Positions 1 to 7,647 of a stretch of DNA of 11,147 nt are shown piece after piece. The stretch covers positions 1-11,147 of the forward strand of contig JBHLON010000070.1 in assembly GCA_048940445.1 (NCBI GenBank). Direction: 5' to 3'. Position 1 is the stretch's first letter, and the number at the start of each line of letters is the position of its first letter. The notes beneath the pieces are model-generated. The model worked only from the letters and a program-made list of their open reading frames with translations, ran no database searches and was not told the origin of the DNA. Made by a program: the position numbers and the translations under genes. Source of the DNA: Promethearchaeota archaeon. GTDB taxonomy: Archaea; Asgardarchaeota; Lokiarchaeia; Sigyniarchaeales; SOKP01.

Positions 1-1091
1 TAATATTCTTGCATTGAATCATAGAGTGTTTGAAATTTTTTGTCAACTCTTTTACGAATCCTTTCGATTCGGAATATATTTAGAAGATGAGTTAATACAC
101 GAGTATAAAGTTCTCGAGGGTTCCATTCTAATTCATTATAAATCATAGTCATTTTTGCCTGAATCATTCCTCTTAAGAATCGCAAATCCTTCATTTTATT
201 TTCAATGGTTTCTAAACTCATAAATACATCGGAATATCGCTTACTAAATAGAATATCCAATGAGCTATTTATTGTCATCAGAGCGAATAGAACAGCTCTC
301 ACTTTTGGAGTAGGATCTAATATATGATCCTTAATATATTTAAATCGATATTCCTCTGCGGGCATATATAAAAATCCCGAATTTCTCTGAATGTAATGTA
401 ACTCAGAAAGCCGATTCGAAAAATTATTCTCTGTCCTTCTTTCAAAAAGCTCTTCAGAATAATCAGCCCATTCCCCAGAATAGATGCGAGTCCAGTAGCC
501 GATTACTTTTTTATATTTTTCTATATTTTCTCTATTCCATTGAACTGTAAAAGGAGTGGTTCTATTAGAAATGACGAAAGTGTATATTGGACTTCCTAAA
601 TCGAGAATTAAAAATTCATTTACTGTTTTATTATTAAATTCTTTAAGGATATCAACAGCAATAAAGGGAATTTGCTGTAGTAGATCTGGAGTTATTTGTT
701 CCTTCTTAAATTCTTCATTTTTAAAATATTCGACCTCGAATTTGAAGTATCCTAGAGTATTATATTCTAACTTTTTATTTTCTTCCACTTCTGAGTATTG
801 CTTATTTTCATCAGTATAAGGGAAATTTTGAAAAAATGGTTCCCAATCACATTCTATCGATATCGATTTTGCCATATCTTTTAATAGCTCTTTCTTTTCT
901 TCAGCATGAGGATATTTTTCTAAATATAAAAAAGCTTTACTGAGTTGCCTTTCATCTAGATTATGTATTTTTTCTAATAATAATGCTTCTATTTCTTCTG
1001 CCTTATTTTCACCGATAAACTCATTTGTATTAATAAAAGCACTTATATACCAATACTCTTTTCCGTAAATAAAACGTAAGTTTTCTTCCAT
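1..1091 (-). CDS. Hypothetical protein, >=363 aa, reaching the left window edge and absent from the ORF track; C-terminal helical region weakly resembles CorA/RMD1(DUF155)-like stalks
   Basis: Manual translation from the ATG at 1091-1089 (in-frame GTG just upstream, purine-rich AAGAGGG before it) stays open to position 3: MEENLRFIYGKEYWYISAFINTNEF...YWTRIYSGEWADYSEELFERRTENNFSNRLSELHYIQRNSGFLYM...NELEWNPRELYTRVLTHLLNIFRIERIRKRVDKKFQTLYDSMQEY. The last partial codon is TA-, so it is either Tyr or a stop. The family resemblance is by eye only. Confidence 0.85.
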   Translation of the reverse strand, partial: MEENLRFIYGKEYWYISAFINTNEFIGENKAEEIEALLLEKIHNLDERQLSKAFLYLEKYPHAEEKKELLKDMAKSISIECDWEPFFQNFPYTDENKQYSEVEENKKLEYNTLGYFKFEVEYFKNEEFKKEQITPDLLQQIPFIAVDILKEFNNKTVNEFLILDLGSPIYTFVISNRTTPFTVQWNRENIEKYKKVIGYWTRIYSGEWADYSEELFERRTENNFSNRLSELHYIQRNSGFLYMPAEEYRFKYIKDHILDPTPKVRAVLFALMTINSSLDILFSKRYSDVFMSLETIENKMKDLRFLRGMIQAKMTMIYNELEWNPRELYTRVLTHLLNIFRIERIRKRVDKKFQTLYDSMQEY

Positions 1092-1220
1092 CACAATTTG
1101 CCCTCTTATTAATTTTTTTAAAAAAGTGATTAAATAATTATTAAATTGTTATTCTATTTATTACTTTTTTTTCTTTTTTATTCTTCAAGTAATTTATCTG
1201 CTTCTATTAAGAAAATAGTA

Positions 1221-2039
1221 TTAATTAACCTTCTCTTTAGGTTTTAATTTAGCTTTAACTTTATAAAAGACTTTACTCCAATCAATATAGACAAGTAAAA
1301 AAAGAATAATAATGGAAGCTGCCCAAACTAATGAACTTTGTAAAATATCTATAGGATTACTAGGAGGTATAATTCCAGTTCGAGCAGCATTAAGGTCTAT
1401 ACCAAATAACCCGAACAAAAAGTTCCCTAAAGATGTATCAGCGAGCCAAATTGGTAGAGCACTGCACAAAAAACATAAGGTAAATTTTCCTATAAAACAA
1501 AATGCCAATGTCTTAACTAAACTATATTGAGCTAGTCCTAAAACAATTAAGAAAGGATCATCAGGAAGCGGGGTTGCTGCAAATAAGAAAATGAGAGCTG
1601 GAGCCCAACCCTTATCTACATACCTTTTCATACGTTTCATGCTTTTGGAATCTCCAATAAGTTCTTTCGAACTGCGTCCTACTAGCCATGCGCTTATTTC
1701 TCCAAGACTTGCACCTAATCCTGCGATTAATCCAATTAATATGGGATTTACATTCGGAATTATTGCAGATATTACAATTAAGGCAACAATATAGGGAACT
1801 GGAAAAAATATCGTAACATTACCGAAAATGCTAATTAAAAATATACCTAAATATATTCCAAAGTCTCCAAATTCATCATAAAACCATTGAACGCTATTGG
1901 CTAGCCATTGCCCAAAATTGATATCTAATAAAACTAAGAGTAAAAATGAGAATAAAATAATACAAATAACAAGAATTCCACCATACTTTTTTAAAAATAC
2001 TATAATATAGGTTTTTTTGTTGCTATCTTTTTTATTCAT
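1221..2039 (-). CDS. DedA/VTT-domain (SNARE-associated Golgi protein family) membrane protein, VMP1/YqaA-like
   Basis: 272 aa with several hydrophobic segments and two re-entrant-loop-type motifs (GNVTIFFPVPY; FAATPLPDDPFLIVLG). GLGASLGEISAWLVGR is typical of VTT domains. Confidence 0.85.
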   Translation of the reverse strand: MNKKDSNKKTYIIVFLKKYGGILVICIILFSFLLLVLLDINFGQWLANSVQWFYDEFGDFGIYLGIFLISIFGNVTIFFPVPYIVALIVISAIIPNVNPILIGLIAGLGASLGEISAWLVGRSSKELIGDSKSMKRMKRYVDKGWAPALIFLFAATPLPDDPFLIVLGLAQYSLVKTLAFCFIGKFTLCFLCSALPIWLADTSLGNFLFGLFGIDLNAARTGIIPPSNPIDILQSSLVWAASIIILFLLVYIDWSKVFYKVKAKLKPKEKVN

Positions 2040-2052
2040 TCAACATCTGACT

Positions 2053-2082
2053 AAAAAAAATTAAAAGAGATAAAAAAAGAAA
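2053..2082 (-). terminator. Oligo-U tracts downstream of the P-type ATPase (possible archaeal terminator or attenuator)
   Basis: The minus strand reads TTTCTTTTTTTATCTCTTTTAATTTTTTTT within the 48-nt gap before the DedA gene. Confidence 0.4.
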
Positions 2083-2087
2083 TAATT

Positions 2088-4943
2088 TTAGAATTTAATA
2101 CTTTTCAATCGTGCTAAATACTTTATTATTTCAATTCCAAAAATGCCAGGAAGAGCTAATAAAATGCAGATTAACCAATCAGTCCCGCTTAGGAACATAA
2201 AATTTAAATCAAGTCCAAAAGCGCTATTGATGTAATTATTAACTGAATATGAAAAGCATATAAATAAAACATGTATCGCTAGAGTGAACAAACTAATTAT
2301 TAATAAAGTACGCGAAAATTCTTCTTTTAGACTTTTGAAAATTGATTTATTAGGTCTTCTAAATGTCCAGATAAATGTAGTTTCAACAATATATAATGTC
2401 GTAATAAACATCGTTCTCGCTTTTTGGGCTATAAGAATTTCATCTGTAGTTCCAGAGAGATAACTAAGATTTGGATTGATATTCCATTCATTTAAGGGAA
2501 TTATTCCCCCTAATGTAAGTTGAAGAGCTAGTACCAGACCTATTCCCATTAAAAGTGCTTGTAATAATAATAATAGCCACATATTCTTATTTAATAACTC
2601 TTGTTCATTTCTAGGTGGTTCATTCATCACATCAGTAGGATAAGTATCAACAACTAATGCCAAAGAAGGGAGAGAATGAACAATTCCAAAGATGTAAATA
2701 TGCTGCCAATTACTCAGTAATTGAAAAAACGGTAAAAATTCATAGGTGAAAAAGATAGAAGCTTCCATTATATTTAAACAAATAAAAAAATATAAAATAG
2801 TTCGGATCTTAGCAAATAATCCGCGCCCAATTTTAACACCCCTCACGATCGAACTGAAATTGTCGTCACTGATAACCATATCAGAAGTCTCTTTAGCGAC
2901 ATCAGTTCCAGTGATTCCCATCGCTATACCTGCATTTGCTAGTTTTAGTGCGAGTGCGTCATTTATTCCATCTCCCGTCATGGCACAAATTTGTTCCTGT
3001 GTCTGATATTTCCTTACTATAACTTCTTTATCGGAAGGCTCTACACGAGCAAAAACGGATACCCTATTAAATTCATCAGGTTTTAATTTTTCAATATCTG
3101 CCCCCTCAATAACAAGATCTCCTTCTTTAAATATTTTCATCTGTGTTGCGATTGTTTTTGCTGTAGCTGGATGATCCCCTGTGATCATGACCACCTTAAT
3201 CCCTCCAGACTCGCTTTCCTCTACTGATTCTCTAACTCCCTGACGCGGAGGATCTAGAATTGATAGAAGACTTAAAAATGTTAATTCTTCTTCAATTTCT
3301 TCTCGCTTGAAATCATTATTTAAATTAAGCTCTTTATAGGCTACAGCTAGGGTTCTATATCCTTGATTTGCATGTGTTTGAATATTTTCAATTATCCTTT
3401 GATTGAGATTTTCATCTAAAATCTTTTGTTCGCCATTCATTTCAATCTTATTTGAAATTTTTAGGATTCTTTCGGGTGCTCCTTTACAAAATGCATAAAA
3501 AGTATTTTGATTAGAATTTAATCGGCATATTGTAGTCATTCTCTTGACTTCAGAATTAAAAGAAAATTCTTTTAAAATTTCAAACCTCTTTTTCAAAGAA
3601 TAAGGATCAAAGCCTGCTTTTTCTGCCAAAACAATTAATGCAGCTTCTGTTGGTGAACCTAAAGCCTTTCTTACGGCCATTTCTTTAATGTTTTTTAATT
3701 TCACTTGAACATCTTCATAGATAAGCTTAGCATTATTATTTAATACACTTGACTCAATGAACTTTTGAAATGTAAAATTATCTTTTAAAGTTATAGCATT
3801 CCCGTTTTCCATAATAATTCCTTCAGGCTCATATCCAGAACCTGTTACCTTATATTCTTTATTATTAATCCAAAATTTCTCGACAGTCATTTCATTTTTA
3901 GTAATTGTACCAGTTTTATCTGAGCAAATCACAGATACCCTCCCTAAAGATTCAATGGCAGAAAGATTTTTAATGATAACTCCACTTTTTGCCATATTTA
4001 GAACTCCTGTGATAAGAACAAGGGTGGTTAGTATCGGTAAATTAATGGGCATAATATTCATCGAGCGAAGGATTGAGTTAACAAGATCTTGCTTAATATA
4101 ATCACCGTAAAACTGATTATTACTAATCAAAATACTGAATTTATAAACAATGAGGACTGCTAAGCTTATAATTACAATTGTTCCTAGAATGTACCCTAAA
4201 TGATTTAGTTTTCGAGTCAGTGGTATGTCTTCAATACTTCCCATTTCATTTAATTGATTTGAAATTTTTCCAATTTCGGTATTAATTCCTGTTCTTGTAA
4301 TCATTGCTTTTGCTCTTCCAGTATAGACATATGTTCCCATAAACACCATATTAGATTGTTTCTGTATTGGTAAAGGCTTATTCTGTAACTTAACATTATC
4401 TTTCTCAGCGGGTTCACTTTCTCCTGTTAGAGGAGCTTCATCAATAGATAAATTAACAAAATCTAATATTCTTGCGTCTGCAGGAACTTTATCTCCTTGC
4501 TCTAATGTAATGATATCGCCTGGAGCTAGTTCTCTTGTAGGTATCTCAAATTGAATACCATCTCTCATTACTGTTGCTTTTAAAGCACTTATCTTTCTTA
4601 ACGATTCTAGTGCTTTCTGTGCTCTAAATTGCTGGATTATAACTGTCATCGAATTCATGAAAACAACTATAAAGGTAATTATAGTATCCTGTGGAGATCC
4701 TAAAATGAATATAATTAATCCGGAAACCAATAAAATAATAATCAGGAAGTTGAATATCGGAGCTAAATAAATTTTCCATATCGATTTTTTAATTTTAGGT
4801 AATTCATTATAGCCATATTTAGAATGTTTTAACTCGACATCAGTTAATTTTAGACCTTTTTCGGTGTCTGTATTAAATATTTCAACTAATTCAGAAACAT
4901 TTTTAGCATAATATAAATTATTTGGTAATTGAACTTCAGCCAT
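2088..4943 (-). CDS. P-type ATPase, P2A/SERCA-like scaffold with a non-canonical transport site (substrate unknown)
   Basis: 951 aa. Motifs present: YGYNEL, PGDI..GDKVPAD, LTGES (A domain), CSDKTGTIT (phospho-Asp D342), KGAPE, DPPR, MITGDH, VFARV.P..K and TGDGINDALAL, with about 10 TM segments. M4 reads PINLP instead of PEGLP. Confidence 0.97.
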   Translation of the reverse strand: MAEVQLPNNLYYAKNVSELVEIFNTDTEKGLKLTDVELKHSKYGYNELPKIKKSIWKIYLAPIFNFLIIILLVSGLIIFILGSPQDTIITFIVVFMNSMTVIIQQFRAQKALESLRKISALKATVMRDGIQFEIPTRELAPGDIITLEQGDKVPADARILDFVNLSIDEAPLTGESEPAEKDNVKLQNKPLPIQKQSNMVFMGTYVYTGRAKAMITRTGINTEIGKISNQLNEMGSIEDIPLTRKLNHLGYILGTIVIISLAVLIVYKFSILISNNQFYGDYIKQDLVNSILRSMNIMPINLPILTTLVLITGVLNMAKSGVIIKNLSAIESLGRVSVICSDKTGTITKNEMTVEKFWINNKEYKVTGSGYEPEGIIMENGNAITLKDNFTFQKFIESSVLNNNAKLIYEDVQVKLKNIKEMAVRKALGSPTEAALIVLAEKAGFDPYSLKKRFEILKEFSFNSEVKRMTTICRLNSNQNTFYAFCKGAPERILKISNKIEMNGEQKILDENLNQRIIENIQTHANQGYRTLAVAYKELNLNNDFKREEIEEELTFLSLLSILDPPRQGVRESVEESESGGIKVVMITGDHPATAKTIATQMKIFKEGDLVIEGADIEKLKPDEFNRVSVFARVEPSDKEVIVRKYQTQEQICAMTGDGINDALALKLANAGIAMGITGTDVAKETSDMVISDDNFSSIVRGVKIGRGLFAKIRTILYFFICLNIMEASIFFTYEFLPFFQLLSNWQHIYIFGIVHSLPSLALVVDTYPTDVMNEPPRNEQELLNKNMWLLLLLQALLMGIGLVLALQLTLGGIIPLNEWNINPNLSYLSGTTDEILIAQKARTMFITTLYIVETTFIWTFRRPNKSIFKSLKEEFSRTLLIISLFTLAIHVLFICFSYSVNNYINSAFGLDLNFMFLSGTDWLICILLALPGIFGIEIIKYLARLKSIKF

Positions 4944-5007
4944 TATTTTATTCTTGAAAATATTAATAATATTAAATAATTATAATTATAGAATTAAACC
5001 TTATTAA

Positions 5008-5982
5008 TTATATATCCTCCATCTTAATAGAAAGAGGGTCACCGATAATCTCTTTTAATATATTAAATTTCTTTCTTATTGTCGTACTTGAGAATTTTGT
5101 GGTTTCTTCTATAATACTTTGTGTAAATATTTTCTTATTGTCAAGTATTTGACCTATATAATAAATTAAGCCAGCAGTAAAGGCTTTATAGTTCAGATTT
5201 TGAATATCAGAATATTTAATCTTTTGTAATAATTTGTCGACAAATAACAGCATTTCAATTTTTAATTTATCATAATCAGATTTATTTGAAAATTGAGATT
5301 TTACTTTATCATAAGAAATGTTATTAAGGTCTTTTTGGAATAGAATTTTTATTTTTTCTTTTATCTCACGTTCCAAAACCGATTTGTCTTTAAGACTTTT
5401 ATCAAATGTGGTTTCAGTTCTCTTAACTTTAAGCATGGCATTGTTAAGCATCTTTTTATTGATTTTGTGACCTAGTTCTCTTGAAATTTTTATAAATTCC
5501 TCTATTCTTATACTGGTTGTATCTTTTATCTCCATCCAGAGGATAGCCAAAAAAATTATAACCATATTTTGATATGTATGTCTGTGATATTTATTATATT
5601 TAAGATATCTATCCTTAATTTCTCGATATTTTACACTGTCAATATTCAACCCTATTCCATAACTTTTGAATAATTCAATAGTTTTTTTTTGTTCAGTGAA
5701 ACTGGATTGATAGTCTCTAAACCATTTGTCTAATGTTTTGATTTGATCATACTTTTGTTTTATTTTTGGATCTTGAATTGCTTTTGAATCACCAATCCTA
5801 ATTTTTCTTTCATAGTTGATTTGTGAGTCTGAATAAGGAATTGGAGATGATGGTTCTTCAAAGGCAATGCGATCATCAAAAGTTAATCCGCAGTCTTTGC
5901 AAACTAGATATCCATCAACTTGTTCAATATTCTTATGTTCACATTTAGATTGTTCCGAAGTCAAATTTCTTTTTTTCTTCAA
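5008..5982 (-). CDS. Divergent TFIIB/TFB-like protein (Zn ribbon plus cyclin-fold repeats)
   Basis: 324 aa, TTG start. N-terminal C-E-H-x11-C-K-D-C-G Zn ribbon. The C-terminal AFTAGLIYY...FTQSIIEETTKFSSTTIRKKF matches the TFB second cyclin repeat/HTH (AAAxIY...TQxxIA......TIRxR). The middle region is highly diverged. Confidence 0.75.
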   Translation of the reverse strand: MKKKRNLTSEQSKCEHKNIEQVDGYLVCKDCGLTFDDRIAFEEPSSPIPYSDSQINYERKIRIGDSKAIQDPKIKQKYDQIKTLDKWFRDYQSSFTEQKKTIELFKSYGIGLNIDSVKYREIKDRYLKYNKYHRHTYQNMVIIFLAILWMEIKDTTSIRIEEFIKISRELGHKINKKMLNNAMLKVKRTETTFDKSLKDKSVLEREIKEKIKILFQKDLNNISYDKVKSQFSNKSDYDKLKIEMLLFVDKLLQKIKYSDIQNLNYKAFTAGLIYYIGQILDNKKIFTQSIIEETTKFSSTTIRKKFNILKEIIGDPLSIKMEDI

Positions 5983-6134
5983 AAGCAGTTCCCTTATTTT
6001 TAAGTCATAATTGATTGTTATTCAAAAAGAATTATATGCAAAATTTTTATTTAAATTTTTATTAAATGGCATCAAAATAATTATTATAAATAATTCTCTT
6101 ATTAAATAATAACTATAAATAATATTAAGAAAAA

Positions 6135-6698
6135 ATGAATAAAGATTTAATCTTTAAATTATTGAGATACTTCAGCGTAGGTTTTATTATTGTAATTGCG
6201 TTAGAGGTCATAGATATTGTTTTATTCAGCTCTATTATTAATCTTACTCTAGGTTTGCATAACCTTAGTATTATTAACATCATTTTTGTATCTGGTTTTA
6301 CACCTTTAGAGGTGGTAATAGAATGGTTAATATTAATTACAACTATTTGTGCATTTTTAATACTTGGAATTATATTATTAAACCTATCATTTAGAAGAAG
6401 ACTTGAAGAAGGGTTATTTGCGAGATTTATTCTATTAATTGGATTATTTTTTCTTATTTCTGGTTTAATTCAACTGTTTATTATTTATCAGTTAGGTGAT
6501 GCTGTAATTCACTATGATAGTACATCTATAATGTTCCAAACTGCTATTTATTCAGGAACAATAACTCCATTTATAGGAGTTATAATGTGGCTCTATTTTT
6601 CAGCTATGTGTATGGTCATTTTAATAGCAGGAACTGTTTTTGGAGGGGTAGGACTCAAATTACTTTTAGATTTTGGGAATAGAAATAAGGCAAATTAA
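6135..6698 (+). CDS. Hypothetical integral membrane protein (about 4 TM helices)
   Basis: 187 aa, ATG start. Four long hydrophobic stretches with a basic loop (SFRRRLEE). No family motif recognised. Confidence 0.8.
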   Translation: MNKDLIFKLLRYFSVGFIIVIALEVIDIVLFSSIINLTLGLHNLSIINIIFVSGFTPLEVVIEWLILITTICAFLILGIILLNLSFRRRLEEGLFARFILLIGLFFLISGLIQLFIIYQLGDAVIHYDSTSIMFQTAIYSGTITPFIGVIMWLYFSAMCMVILIAGTVFGGVGLKLLLDFGNRNKAN

Positions 6699-6723
6699 AA
6701 AAATTTGAAAAATCTTAATGAAT

Positions 6724-7647
6724 TTATAATAACTTTCTTTTAATCTGTTTAGCTCTACTTCTTAAGGTTACTTCTGTTATTTTAGCAATATCAGCAACCA
6801 GCGATTGAGTTTTTCTAATGGATCCATCTTTAGCGGCAATATATATACAAGCAGCTGCCAATCCTTTTGGATCTTTTCCTGTACGTTTCAATCCATTTTC
6901 AGAAGCTTTCCTGAGCATGTCAATAGCATGCTTTTGAACTGCCATAGGTAGGTCAAGTTCATTTCCAAAGCGAAATACGAGGCTTTCAGCAGTGATAGGT
7001 TGATAACGTAATCCTAATTCAGGTAAAACTTCTCTTATTATCATAGCTAAGCTTCTATGAACTGTTCTTCTTGGAGTCAATGATGCTTCACATACTTCAT
7101 CTAATAAACGAGGAAAATCATGAACCCTTATGGCAGCATATAAAGATCCCGCTATAAATCCATTAATTGAGCGGCCCATTGTTAACTTTTTTTTAGCTAC
7201 AATACTATAAACCTTCCAAGCAGTTTCGCTAATGTATTCTGGAATATTAAGTTTTGATGTTAGCATTTTTAGTTTAGGCTTAGCTTCCCAAAAGTTTCGT
7301 TCAATACTTGAAATTAAAGAATTTTGAATTTTTGATAACCTTGAGAATAATGCTTGTTCTTTTGGTCCTATAGATTTCCCTTTTGAGTCTGTTTTTGTTG
7401 ATGGTAACATCGTTCTCGGCCCGAAATCCCTCCATCTTGGCTCAGTTCTACGTCTAGTTTGAACTTCTTCAGCAGTATACGCCCTTCGCTCATTTCCTAC
7501 ATATGTTCTTTCAATTATAATTCCACAATTTAAACAAACTTTATTTCCATCTCTTTCTTCTATGTTTGGGTCTTCACAGCAATCACGAATTTGCAAATCA
7601 TCATCTAAATTCTTATTCTTCAGAAGATCACGATAAATATTATTCAT
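6724..7647 (-). CDS. tfb: Transcription initiation factor IIB (archaeal TFB)
   Basis: 307 aa. Zn ribbon (CC...VCLNCG), B-reader-like NERRAY, ERN linker, cyclin repeat 1 (MGRSINGFIAGSLYAAIR...PRLLDEV), cyclin repeat 2 (TGKDPKGLAAACIYIAA) and BRE-binding HTH (TQSLVADIAKITEVTLRSR). Confidence 0.96.
   Translation of the reverse strand: MNNIYRDLLKNKNLDDDLQIRDCCEDPNIEERDGNKVCLNCGIIIERTYVGNERRAYTAEEVQTRRRTEPRWRDFGPRTMLPSTKTDSKGKSIGPKEQALFSRLSKIQNSLISSIERNFWEAKPKLKMLTSKLNIPEYISETAWKVYSIVAKKKLTMGRSINGFIAGSLYAAIRVHDFPRLLDEVCEASLTPRRTVHRSLAMIIREVLPELGLRYQPITAESLVFRFGNELDLPMAVQKHAIDMLRKASENGLKRTGKDPKGLAAACIYIAAKDGSIRKTQSLVADIAKITEVTLRSRAKQIKRKLL

Noticed and set aside
556-819. 87-aa + strand ORF in the track
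   Set aside because: Antisense shadow of the longer minus-strand ORF at 1-1091; no motif.
1312-1794. Two short + strand ORFs (72 and 67 aa)
   Set aside because: Fully antisense to the DedA gene; no independent coding signal.
2746-3006. 86-aa + strand ORF
   Set aside because: Antisense to the conserved P-domain of the ATPase; shadow ORF.
2088-4943. Calling the ATPase either a bona fide P4-ATPase or a pseudogene
   Set aside because: Overall motifs (TGES, PxxLP, DPPR, M5 N/E) are P2A-like rather than P4 (DGET), and the frame and all catalytic motifs are intact, so neither label is supported.
4944-5007. Short AT palindromes and repeats (AATATTAATAATATT, TATAATTATAATTATA) upstream of the ATPase
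   Set aside because: Near-pure AT sequence makes such symmetry likely by chance; a specific promoter or operator cannot be assigned.
5968-5979. NLS-like KKKR at the N-terminus of the TFB-like protein
   Set aside because: Lys-rich N-termini are expected from AT-rich codons, and the TTG start is uncertain.
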